A DNA stretch of 37,679 nucleotides. It comes from a virus. Its lineage: Duplodnaviria > Caudoviricetes. A model generated the notes under the pieces. The model did no database searches and was not told the origin of the DNA. It saw nothing but the letters and a program-made list of their open reading frames with translations. Positions 19,131-26,874 of this stretch are shown here, piece by piece. The stretch spans positions 1 through 37,679 of the IMG/VR virus record IMGVR_UViG_3300032335_000058; one strand, 5' to 3'. Made by a program: the position numbers and the translations under genes. Within the stretch, counting starts at the first letter, position 1; each line of letters begins with the position of its first letter.

Positions 19131-19418
19131 TTATTCCTCTTTTTCCTCTAGGTTAATGACTGCCCGATCCTCCAGGTGGAGGTGGGCCATTATTCGCAAC
19201 CAGACTTCCCGCCTGCCTTCGGCCATAGCCGTGGCAATTGGATCAACTGAACGCGAAACGGGTGACACGACCACCGTGGATGCGGTGGCCCTGCAGAATT
19301 TTTTAAGGTCAGCCAGGACAATCTCACCGTCCGGGCTTAACTGCCCACTTTCAGCCAGAAACATCCGGCGGTAGGCGTACTTTCTTTTGCGTATCCGTGC
19401 CAGTAATTTTTCAATCAT
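19131..19418 (-). CDS. Bbp19-like small protein
   Basis: YRRMF..GEIVLADLKKFC..TAMAEGRREVWLRI pattern, found after the portal in BPP-1-like phages. Confidence 0.75.
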   Translation of the reverse strand: MIEKLLARIRKRKYAYRRMFLAESGQLSPDGEIVLADLKKFCRATASTVVVSPVSRSVDPIATAMAEGRREVWLRIMAHLHLEDRAVINLEEKEE

Positions 19419-21058
19419 AAGGGCAACGGAGCAGGTACTTGACCGGACATTGCTTGAGTTTCAGCCAAAGTCTTAGCCGATTGCGACAGAACCGGCGCTG
19501 CGGCCAGCAACTGCTGCGCCTGGGATTCTTCGGCCTGGGCTTCTTTCATAGCACTAATTTCTTCCTTAGTACGCAGGATCTTAGCCGGTACGCCATTGAT
19601 CTCGCTTAACTCACGGGCAATCTCTTCTGGCTTAAAGATCATCATTACAGACGGATCGATCTGGGCCAACGGTGCAACAGCCTCCAGGGTACGCAAAATC
19701 GCCACACCCTCTTCAGCCCGCTGCGCCCGGTTCAATGGTGACACATACTCAATTTCAATCTCGCCACCCATTTCAGCCAGCGCTTCGGGCATAGCAGGCA
19801 AAATGCCAGCCCGTGCCAGGATGTCCAGTTCCCGCTCAATCATTGGGCCAAGCATCTCAGACTGTTGGCGGCCCATTGTCGGAGCCAGCAATGCCCCCTT
19901 TTCCTGGGCGCGGAGCATGGCCTCTGTTGCTGTCATGTTGGGCGCTTCTACCAGGATCTGGAACAGGGTAATCAGGAATGCGTCATTGATAACCTTGCGG
20001 CGCTGCTCCATCATGTCCATGCCAATGTCAACACGCGCTCCGGTCTCAAGCGGGCGCACCATCTGCTCACCGCGCTCGTTTACTCCACCGTAGTTCAATG
20101 CGCCTGGCCGAGTGTTAAACGCCTGCAGCACACCATCTTCCTGCAACAGCAAGGGTGGATCAACAATTTTGTGCGCTGCACGCATCACGGTCTTGCTCAT
20201 CTCGTTGATCATCTTGATGTCCGGCAGCACAGTCATTGCCGGGCTGCGTCCATAAATCTCTTTTGGCGCGGTGACATACCGGCTTACGGCATATGGAAAC
20301 GATTGATAGCCACCGGCAGACAGGATCTCGCGGGTGTCGGTGCTGATATAGTAGGACGAAAACGGCATACCCATGTAATCCTTGCGGCCAGCCATCCGAT
20401 CCATGTTGGGCTTGACGCAATGAATAAACTCAAACTTCTGCTCTGGATTCTTTTCTAGGGCTGTCCGTACCTTTTCTGGCACTTTGTCATAGCCCCAGCG
20501 CTGCGCTGCCTGTCTGGCAGTAAACTCAAACTTCCGGTTGACCTTATCAATCACCCCGGCATGGTTCTCAGCAAAGTAAATTTCAGACAGATGTATTGAT
20601 TTGTACCGAATGCCAACGCCAACAATGTCATCAATCAACAGCGCTCCGCTGCCAAACGCGCCCAGCGACATGTAGTTCTCATGGGCCTGGCTGGCAAAGT
20701 TAGACTTTGGACTGTACCGAACCTGAAACAATATCTCTGTCACTTCGTCCAGATATGCCTGGATCTCAGGATCATCAGACAGACCTGGCGTAGTGACTTT
20801 CAACTTGTGCCAACGCTGCGTCCTGGGTGTCAGCATGGATTCCATTGCGGCAGCAAAGCGCTCCAGCGCCAAACCAGCCGTGGCATCAAATACTTTTTCG
20901 GTGCGCTTCTCGCCTTCGGTCTTATCTGTTGCGGCAAAGTAATTCTGCCTGGGCAACACTCGCTCCGCTATTTCGCGCCAATGCTCTTCCCATACTCCAC
21001 GGGCAGATACCATCTGCTCATGTTCCCGGATTATCTCGTCAGCGCGTGAATCGGCCAT
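19415..21058 (-). CDS. Portal protein (head-to-tail connector)
   Basis: 547 aa; FDATA..LERFAA, EIYGRSPAMTVLPDIK, MTATE and IEYVSPL motifs of T7/BPP-1-type portals. Confidence 0.93.
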   Translation of the reverse strand: MADSRADEIIREHEQMVSARGVWEEHWREIAERVLPRQNYFAATDKTEGEKRTEKVFDATAGLALERFAAAMESMLTPRTQRWHKLKVTTPGLSDDPEIQAYLDEVTEILFQVRYSPKSNFASQAHENYMSLGAFGSGALLIDDIVGVGIRYKSIHLSEIYFAENHAGVIDKVNRKFEFTARQAAQRWGYDKVPEKVRTALEKNPEQKFEFIHCVKPNMDRMAGRKDYMGMPFSSYYISTDTREILSAGGYQSFPYAVSRYVTAPKEIYGRSPAMTVLPDIKMINEMSKTVMRAAHKIVDPPLLLQEDGVLQAFNTRPGALNYGGVNERGEQMVRPLETGARVDIGMDMMEQRRKVINDAFLITLFQILVEAPNMTATEAMLRAQEKGALLAPTMGRQQSEMLGPMIERELDILARAGILPAMPEALAEMGGEIEIEYVSPLNRAQRAEEGVAILRTLEAVAPLAQIDPSVMMIFKPEEIARELSEINGVPAKILRTKEEISAMKEAQAEESQAQQLLAAAPVLSQSAKTLAETQAMSGQVPAPLPL

Positions 21059-21061
21059 GAT

Positions 21062-21586
21062 TTATCGTCCTAGTAACTGTCGAACACCAACATCAACATC
21101 GCTGCTCAACTCACCGGCCAGGATATTAGATGCCTTTGCACGGCGGCGGCGCACCATATCCAAAGATTCTGCTGCAGCGCGGGCTGTGTCTATTTGCGGC
21201 CCTTTGGCAATGTCGGCTTCTTTTTGAAGTTCTGCTGCTGATTTTTGTGGTGGCGGAGGTGGAGGCTCAGGCGGCTTGAGGCCAAGAGCGCCAGCAACCG
21301 TTCCCACCACAGACTTGACCACCCCTGTGACTGCGTTAAAGGCTTTTTTGAGGAAAAATTCTGGGTAACCGGTTTCGGGGTTAATTTTGTTTTTCTCGTG
21401 ACCAACGGTGAATTCCTCCATGTCAACATCATAGGATTCAAACAATGCCTTGATCACCTTTTGTGCGTCCGCATTGTCAGCAATCTGTCGAGGAATAACA
21501 ATCTCGCCAGCCGTTAAATGCCCAACCAGGCTGTCGGTATCGCGGCCAGCCTCTTCAATCTCTTCAAGCATATCCTCGTCTGGCAT
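21062..21586 (-). CDS. Small virion protein paralogue 3, with an extra N-terminal domain
   Basis: ATG at 21586 with GGGAG RBS. N-terminal GRDTDSLVGHLTAGEIVIP..INPETGYPEF, C-terminal RRRRAKASNILAGE..LLGR. Confidence 0.7.
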   Translation of the reverse strand: MPDEDMLEEIEEAGRDTDSLVGHLTAGEIVIPRQIADNADAQKVIKALFESYDVDMEEFTVGHEKNKINPETGYPEFFLKKAFNAVTGVVKSVVGTVAGALGLKPPEPPPPPPQKSAAELQKEADIAKGPQIDTARAAAESLDMVRRRRAKASNILAGELSSDVDVGVRQLLGR

Positions 21587-21587
21587 C

Positions 21588-21896
21588 TTATTCTCCCAGT
21601 AAACGCTTTTGACCAGCATTAGTATTACCTGCTGCCTCACCCATTAGGATGTTGGCTGCACGGCCACGGCGGCGTGTACCTGCCATTGCGCCAGTAGCGC
21701 CAAGACCAGCGGCCTGCGCTGCTGTTGCTGCTGCTGCCTGGGCTGCCGGTGCTGTTGGTGCTGCAGGTGCTGTTGGTGCTAATGATGCTAATTTTCCTGG
21801 TTCAGGTTGAACAGTACCGCCACCAGATGATTTTCCCGTAATTACCTGGGCAACCGTTTTAGGAATGTTCGCAACTGCTTTTGATACTCCACCCAT
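21588..21896 (-). CDS. Small virion protein paralogue 2 (T7 gp6.7/gp7.3-like position)
   Basis: Ala/Pro-rich; ends RRRGRAANILMGE..KRLLGE; GGAGG RBS. Confidence 0.7.
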   Translation of the reverse strand: MGGVSKAVANIPKTVAQVITGKSSGGGTVQPEPGKLASLAPTAPAAPTAPAAQAAAATAAQAAGLGATGAMAGTRRRGRAANILMGEAAGNTNAGQKRLLGE

Positions 21897-21897
21897 A

Positions 21898-22107
21898 TCA
21901 ACCTCCCATTAGTTTATTTGTGTCCCCACGCTCAACTAATTCGCCTGTGGGTTCATCAGAAAGAATTGTCGCTGCGCGACCTTTGCGCCTTCTCAACATT
22001 TTGTCGCGCTCTTGCTGCGCCTGGCGTGCAGTATCAACTGTAGGTGGCGGTGGCGGCGGCTCTGGTGGCGGCGGCGGTGCTGGCATCTTGGGCTTTAGAA
22101 ATCCCAT
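21898..22107 (-). CDS. Small virion protein paralogue 1
   Basis: MGFLKPKMP, poly-Pro, RRRKGRAATILSDE..KLMGG; AGGAG RBS. Confidence 0.72.
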   Translation of the reverse strand: MGFLKPKMPAPPPPPEPPPPPPTVDTARQAQQERDKMLRRRKGRAATILSDEPTGELVERGDTNKLMGG

Positions 22108-22116
22108 GTTCTGCTC

Positions 22117-23346
22117 CTAAGAAAAAATCTCATACTCACTAACAGCCTGGCGTGGCCGGGCCTCAACCCGTCTGTTCGCCCTGCGTGCGTTCTCTAATGC
22201 ATAGCGCAGCGCATCGATGACATGATTTTCTTTGTCCTCTAATTGCGGCAGCACTTCCCCTGTCATTTTATCCACCTTATAGGAATAAAGCGATAGTTCG
22301 TCAATTGTATGCTTACAGCGCGGATGCACAACTATTTCAAAAGATTTTAGCCATTCGATACCATCTTCGACTGACTTTGGCCCTTTAATGGCTGCATTGA
22401 TCCTGGGGAACCCGTTCTTTCTCATGTGGCTGATGGTCTCTGGCCTGGCTGAATCAGCCGTAATCGGCCACTTTTCGGCCTCCGGCACGGTCATAAACAG
22501 GTCTGGCGTGTTGACAATCTCGCAGCCAACCATGTACGCCTCATAATCCACATACAGTTTACGGCCCGTTATGTAGCAACGCACCAGGACTGTCGGATCT
22601 GTGGCAAACCCCCAATCAGCGCCAAAGCGCAGCACGGCATTGACATCGGTCTCAAACTCTTCAATCCGCCAATTGTGGAAAACTTTGGCCTCGCTGTTGG
22701 TCAGGTAGCCGCCCATCCAGACATGGTTAAATTTATCTGGATCGCGCCCCCGGTCATACTCCATTTCTTCCCGCAGCACATCAGGAAACCAGGGATTGTC
22801 CGAGTAATTGACTTTGACCACGGATGCATCTGGCGGTGGATTGTCACCGCGCAGCAGCATGTCAACAGGATCTGTGGCCTCGCGTGGGTTCCATGAGAAC
22901 CACAACTCGCTGCCTGGCTTACGGATGGTGGGCCGCAGCAGGTCAATCGATACCTGGCTCATAGATTGCGCCTCTTCCACCCAGGCCCGGTCAAACCCTT
23001 CCAGCGACTTTATGGAATCCGCTGTGTGGTTCTGCATACCCTGAAAGATAATCAGGCCAGGCCCGCGCTTAGACTTGATCATTGAATCCTGGACATCAAA
23101 GTAAGCGCCAGCATTCAGGTCTTGGATCTTGTTTTCTAGCAGCCGCTTGACCGATTGGTTCAGGGTACGCTGGATCTCCCGGACGCAGACCGAAGATTGA
23201 GCCTGGTTCCGGATATGTTCCTCGATCATCATTTCAGCAAAGAAATGGGACTTGCCCGAACCCCGGCCACCCCATGCCCCCTTGTACCGGCTGGGACTAA
23301 GTAACGGCAGCGCCCATCTAGGCGTATCAATGTTTAGGATCGACAA
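22117..23346 (-). CDS. terL: Terminase large subunit, PBSX family
   Basis: Walker A GGRGSGKS, Walker B WVEEA, coupling motif SWNP, nuclease GADWG and NHVIDALRYA; TTG start. Confidence 0.95.
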   Translation of the reverse strand: MSILNIDTPRWALPLLSPSRYKGAWGGRGSGKSHFFAEMMIEEHIRNQAQSSVCVREIQRTLNQSVKRLLENKIQDLNAGAYFDVQDSMIKSKRGPGLIIFQGMQNHTADSIKSLEGFDRAWVEEAQSMSQVSIDLLRPTIRKPGSELWFSWNPREATDPVDMLLRGDNPPPDASVVKVNYSDNPWFPDVLREEMEYDRGRDPDKFNHVWMGGYLTNSEAKVFHNWRIEEFETDVNAVLRFGADWGFATDPTVLVRCYITGRKLYVDYEAYMVGCEIVNTPDLFMTVPEAEKWPITADSARPETISHMRKNGFPRINAAIKGPKSVEDGIEWLKSFEIVVHPRCKHTIDELSLYSYKVDKMTGEVLPQLEDKENHVIDALRYALENARRANRRVEARPRQAVSEYEIFS

Positions 23347-23707
23347 TTGTCCGCTTTACTTCCTCTACCTGCAGAGGCCCGCCATCTTTACCCGTTATTT
23401 CTGTCTCTTGCTTGTCGCTATAACCGTGCTTGCTCAACAGCAACTTGGTAATCGTGCTATTCAAATTTCCGGCGAGACCACCATTTATCAATCGATTTTC
23501 CTGAATCGATAGTAATTTCCTAATAATGTCAGAAAATTCCTCGTGTTCTTTGGCCCAGGCATACATTGTTTCCCGGCTTTTGCCCAGATAAATAGCCAAT
23601 CCGGCCACCGATGGGATGACATCCCCGGACACCTTATAGTCCCCGGCAATGTATTCCCTAGCCTTGTCAACACATTGCGGCCACTCTGGCGGTCTGCCTG
23701 CTCCCAT
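23327..23707 (-). CDS. terS: Terminase small subunit (P22 gp3/Sf6-like DNA packaging protein)
   Basis: AGRP start, HTH PSVAGLAIYLGKSRETMYAW, C-terminal EITGKDGGPL; overlaps the terL start. Confidence 0.88.
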   Translation of the reverse strand: MGAGRPPEWPQCVDKAREYIAGDYKVSGDVIPSVAGLAIYLGKSRETMYAWAKEHEEFSDIIRKLLSIQENRLINGGLAGNLNSTITKLLLSKHGYSDKQETEITGKDGGPLQVEEVKRTIVDPKH

Positions 23708-23895
23708 TACTTCCCTCTCAATTTCTTTGCGCCTGGGCTGCGCTCTCTCATAGCCCGGCTTAATATCTTGCTGCCAGTATCGGCCTTGTTGTAATCCTTG
23801 GCTACTGACTGCGGCACGCCAACCTTTTTAGCAAACTTTGGGTCATGGGCGGCAGCGGCCATTAGCCTGGCCTGGGCTGCTGATTTGCTTGGCAT
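23707..23895 (-). CDS. Small basic phage protein (MPSKS..QARLMAAAAH type)
   Basis: GAGG RBS and TAATG coupling to terS; resembles small proteins often seen near terminase genes. Confidence 0.75.
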   Translation of the reverse strand: MPSKSAAQARLMAAAAHDPKFAKKVGVPQSVAKDYNKADTGSKILSRAMRERSPGAKKLRGK

Positions 23896-23896
23896 C

Positions 23897-24085
23897 TTAT
23901 CCTCTCAGTCTTTTAGCGCCTGGATTCTTTTCCCGGCCTATGATTTCGGCTGCTGTCTTGGCTGATTCCCTAAATGCTTTGGCTGTCGGCGCTCCAGGAT
24001 CACCCGGTGATCTCATGCGCTCCCCAGACCCAGCCTCGATCCTGGCTCTTTTTTTGTGGATATTGGCATACAAACCTGGTTTCAT
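23897..24085 (-). CDS. Small basic phage protein (GLYANIHxKR type)
   Basis: ATG at 24085 with GGGGG RBS. The longer track ORF runs through the tRNA and is not credible. Confidence 0.75.
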   Translation of the reverse strand: MKPGLYANIHKKRARIEAGSGERMRSPGDPGAPTAKAFRESAKTAAEIIGREKNPGAKRLRG

Positions 24086-24100
24086 AGTTCCCCCATTATA

Positions 24101-24158
24101 TTTGGAGATGACCCGGCACACGGTAAAATCCGTGTCTGGCTGAAGCCGGGCCACCAAA
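24101..24158 (-). ncRNA. Candidate structured RNA directly 3' of the tRNA
   Basis: TTTGG/CCAAA, TGGCCCGGC/GCCGGGTCA (G-U pair favours the minus strand) and ACACGG/CCGTGT stems, with a 9-nt bulge. Confidence 0.5.
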
Positions 24159-24159
24159 C

Positions 24160-24235
24160 TGGTAGCGGGTGATGGACTTGAACCACCGATCTCCGGTTTA
24201 TGAGACCGGCGAGATAACCACTTCTCCAACCCGCG
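24160..24235 (-). tRNA. tRNA-Met(CAT), initiator (fMet)-like, CCA encoded
   Basis: 76 nt: CGCGGGT TG GAGA AGTGGTTA TCTC G CCGGT CTCATAA ACCGG AGATC GGTGG TTCAAGT CCATC ACCCGCT A CCA. C1:U72 mismatch and A11:U24. Confidence 0.93.
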
Positions 24236-24577
24236 CTAGTAAATCGTTACCTTGACCATCCCCCCAATGCTGTCAGCAATGTCAACTAACCCATATCTGA
24301 ACCGCCGGTCATTAGCGTCCAATGCGTCTGCCAATCCGTCCAGCCCAGACTTGATCGATGCCATCATGTTGTCCAGGTCTCGCGCCCGGCGATCAGGCGG
24401 CACAAACAAAATATCCAGCAGCACCTTGTCTTGATGCTCAATTTTCGGAACCTTTGCCTGCAATGTCAACATGTGCCATTCGTACCGATAAAGTTTCTTT
24501 TGCCTTGCCACCGCTGCCCAATGCGCCCTGGCGTTAGGACTTAGTATTGCCCTGGGCCACGGGTAAATTATTTGCAC
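24236..24577 (-). CDS. rusA: RusA-like Holliday junction resolvase
   Basis: LSPNAR.HW and PPDRRARDLDN..K..LDGLADAL..ND catalytic pattern; GTG start. Confidence 0.85.
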   Translation of the reverse strand: MQIIYPWPRAILSPNARAHWAAVARQKKLYRYEWHMLTLQAKVPKIEHQDKVLLDILFVPPDRRARDLDNMMASIKSGLDGLADALDANDRRFRYGLVDIADSIGGMVKVTIY

Positions 24578-24831
24578 AGCGCCTCAATAGTCTTAGCCAG
24601 CATGTCCAATTCTGTCATTTTATTGATTCGCATCATGGTCTTATCGCCATGCACACCCAGCGGCCCGGTGTGACAACTAGGACAGAGCGGCACGACCAGC
24701 CAATTACTGGCCCGCTGCGCCATCCCCTGCCCTTCCCGGATATGGTGAACCTGTACCCCATGTTGTCCGCATAAAACGCACGGCAAATCGGCCACTCGCC
24801 CCATATGACGGATCTCAGGTCTTGTTGCCAC
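24568..24831 (-). CDS. Ref-like / DUF968-type Zn-binding HNH nuclease
   Basis: LPCVLCG..VHHIR.GQG...PLCPSCH..G..GVHG pattern. Confidence 0.78.
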   Translation of the reverse strand: MATRPEIRHMGRVADLPCVLCGQHGVQVHHIREGQGMAQRASNWLVVPLCPSCHTGPLGVHGDKTMMRINKMTELDMLAKTIEALCK

Positions 24832-25003
24832 GCTTTTCCTTGCATTCCTTGCATATCCACCTGTATCTCAGCCCGCCTGGGAACACTATGTCCATGCCAT
24901 CCTTGTTATTTCTGTCAATTTTGCAATTGCTGCAATACCTAACTCCAAAATCTGACGCAATCTTATGCGTGATTTTCGCTAACTTCTTCTGGGTACTGCT
25001 CAC
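24815..25003 (-). CDS. Small Zn-ribbon protein (start uncertain)
   Basis: CSNC..WICKEC; fills the gap between ninB and the HNH gene; GTG at 25003 has GGAG upstream. Confidence 0.55.
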   Translation of the reverse strand: MSSTQKKLAKITHKIASDFGVRYCSNCKIDRNNKDGMDIVFPGGLRYRWICKECKEKRGNKT

Positions 25004-25367
25004 TAAATTGCACTCCCTTGGTTGATCCAAAATGATAGATGAATTCAATCAATTCGTTCATCTCCAACTTTGTCATTTTGCTGGTTGATGTCCCCAGCAC
25101 CACAAACCCACCCTCAATACCAGGCACAACATCCTGGCGCTTAAGCGCTGCCGTACAAACATCCTTCCAATTTTCCGCTGTCAACTTGCTGCCGTGCCAG
25201 TTTACCTGTTCCGCCAGGTCTGTCAGCAGCGCCCACATTAAAGCATTCTGGGCCAGGCTGCGCTTTGGTTCTTGAACCGTAACCACATACCCATCGCCTG
25301 CCAGGCGCACCGCCTCAATCGCCCGGTCTCTGGCTTGCCGGTGATTCATCACAAATATCTGTTTCAC
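24963..25367 (-). CDS. ninB: NinB/Orf-family recombination protein
   Basis: KRSLAQNALMWALLTDLAEQV.W.G..L..ENWK..VPGIEGGFVVLG.STSKM..EM.ELIE; GTG start with GGAGG RBS. Confidence 0.88.
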   Translation of the reverse strand: MKQIFVMNHRQARDRAIEAVRLAGDGYVVTVQEPKRSLAQNALMWALLTDLAEQVNWHGSKLTAENWKDVCTAALKRQDVVPGIEGGFVVLGTSTSKMTKLEMNELIEFIYHFGSTKGVQFSEQYPEEVSENHA

Positions 25368-25438
25368 TTGCCCCTCCACATTCCAATGCCCACCCAGACC
25401 AACGCAATTCCCACCACCCATATTGCAATGTCGATCAT
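25364..25438 (-). CDS. 24-aa single-TM microprotein (not in the ORF track)
   Basis: MIDIAIWVVGIALVWVGIGMWRGK; GGAGG RBS, ATGA overlap upstream and GTGA overlap with ninB. Confidence 0.65.
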   Translation of the reverse strand: MIDIAIWVVGIALVWVGIGMWRGK

Positions 25439-25731
25439 TTTTGCCTCCGTTTTATCTCGTCCAACACTTGCTCCCTGGTAAAAGACCTGTGTTTTTCGAT
25501 GCACCACAACATGCCATTGGCTGCTTTTTTATTTGGCCTGGTTGATTCCACCAGGGTCACGCAGCACTCTAGGCAACTCAATCGGTATTGCCCCCACTTC
25601 CTACCCGCCCGGCTTTCGCAGCCTGAACAAATTCTCTGATCATCTGCCTGGCCCGCTCCGCTGCTGCCGGGTCTGCTGGTTTCTCTGGCGGCGCTGGCAG
25701 CGCTGTCATCGGCTCCGGTATCTCCGGCCAT
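25435..25731 (-). CDS. Small Cys-rich (CxxC..CxxC) protein; start uncertain
   Basis: CSGC..CLECC in the C-terminal ~65 aa; stop coupled to the next ORF; 5' part overlaps the P-like gene. Confidence 0.45.
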   Translation of the reverse strand: MAGDTGADDSAASAARETSRPGSSGAGQADDQRICSGCESRAGRKWGQYRLSCLECCVTLVESTRPNKKAANGMLWCIEKHRSFTREQVLDEIKRRQK

Positions 25732-26216
25732 TGATTCTTTTTGATCTCCCGATCCAGCGCAATTTCCCACCGGCTTTTGATCTGCGGGTAACTGCTGCTC
25801 TTTAACTCCCATTGCAAATAGGTCATCGCCCAGAATATCGCCGGGTGCGACCACTCCCCTTTTTCTCCGCATTCCCTGCTCCTGATTCCAACTATGGCTT
25901 CGTGATATGCCCTCTCCGGCTCTATTTCGGGCCTACACGCCGCTAAAAATTCTGGGAGAGATGGGGGCCAAGGGTACTTCCTACGAACGGCAGCAAGGCC
26001 CGTTTGGATGGCCGTAGGGGTAATTCCGTCCTCAATGAATGCCTCTGCCCACACTTCGCGCCAATTCTGGATCTGTCCCTCGCTGCTAAATGCGGCCCGC
26101 CACCTGCTTGGATACAGCCCTTCCAATCGGTTGAACAGATGATCCATCAAACTGATGCCTAATTTCGGGTGAACAGCCAGCCAATTACTGGCCTGGGGTG
26201 ATGTCAATAACGACAT
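25578..26216 (-). CDS. Replication protein P-like (helicase loader)
   Basis: LFNRLEGLYPSRW..W.EAF.EDGIT...GL...WPPSLPEFLAACRP..WSHPAIFWA; follows the initiator; GGAGG RBS before the ATG at 26216. Confidence 0.75.
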   Translation of the reverse strand: MSLLTSPQASNWLAVHPKLGISLMDHLFNRLEGLYPSRWRAAFSSEGQIQNWREVWAEAFIEDGITPTAIQTGLAAVRRKYPWPPSLPEFLAACRPEIEPERAYHEAIVGIRSRECGEKGEWSHPAIFWAMTYLQWELKSSSYPQIKSRWEIALDREIKKNQWPEIPEPMTALPAPPEKPADPAAAERARQMIREFVQAAKAGRVGSGGNTD

Positions 26217-26874
26217 TTTGTTCCCTCCCTTTGTTGACAAATGCAAATGGATCAAACTTTTCGGCCTTGCCATTGGCCTTGTTTACCCACTCCGCTTTGA
26301 ATCCTTGCCAGCCCCTAGCCACGCATTCGGTAATTGCCTGGTTCAATGTCCAGCCCGCTTTATTGGCCTCGCGCTTGATGGCCTCCAGGGCCGTGCTGGT
26401 CAATGGTGACCTCTTGGCTTTCCTGATTGCTAAAAAATCCTCCCAGACTTTTGCATCAACTTCACCAGGCGCGTTAGCGCCTATAGGTTTTACTTGTTTA
26501 TTGGTTATTGGTTTATGGTTATTGGTTGGTTGAACGACTGTTGAACGCTCGTTAGACCGCCGTTGAGCAGAAACCTTCCCAGCCCTAGACGCTGCCTCAA
26601 TCTTATGGTGGTAGCGCTCAATCTCCTGTTGGCCTCTCTCACTCACCCACCCCCCACCCCCCGCATGAGAAAAAAATTCTTGGAGGATGGCGGCCACTTT
26701 CTTTTCGTGGCCCCTGGCGTTGATCAAACGCGCAACGACTGTTGGACATTCGTCCAACGGTTGTTCGTGTAAATAGTAAAGATCCAACAGCCTGCGATAG
26801 ATAGCATCCTCAATTAAGGACAGATGCTTCGTGTGACTTGTATAGTCACCGATGTTGAATTGATAGTAATGCAT
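26185..26874 (-). CDS. YdaU/DUF1376-family replication initiator (lambda O analogue)
   Basis: MHYYQFNIGDY..HTKHLS..ED.IYRRLLDLYY N-terminus, PTNNHKPITN linker, C-terminal W.DFL..RKAK...RGWQGF. Confidence 0.88.
   Translation of the reverse strand: MHYYQFNIGDYTSHTKHLSLIEDAIYRRLLDLYYLHEQPLDECPTVVARLINARGHEKKVAAILQEFFSHAGGGGWVSERGQQEIERYHHKIEAASRAGKVSAQRRSNERSTVVQPTNNHKPITNKQVKPIGANAPGEVDAKVWEDFLAIRKAKRSPLTSTALEAIKREANKAGWTLNQAITECVARGWQGFKAEWVNKANGKAEKFDPFAFVNKGREQNVVIDITPGQ
26488..26572. repeat. Putative replication origin (iteron-like repeats and strand-asymmetric tract) inside the initiator gene
   Basis: 11-bp period GTTGAACGACT GTTGAACGCTC GTTAGACCGCC GTTGAGCAGAA next to TTATTGG-type repeats. 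Confidence 0.55.

Noticed and set aside
22117-23346. Intein or intron in the terminase or other core genes
   Set aside because: TerL (409 aa), portal and capsid are of normal length with no Hint or homing-endonuclease motifs.
24086-24229. N-terminal extension of ORF 23897..24229
   Set aside because: It reads through the tRNA; the ATG at 24085 has its own RBS.
24160-24235. tRNA as an attP/integration site or prophage boundary
   Set aside because: No integrase, no duplicated tRNA 3' end and no host genes in the circle.
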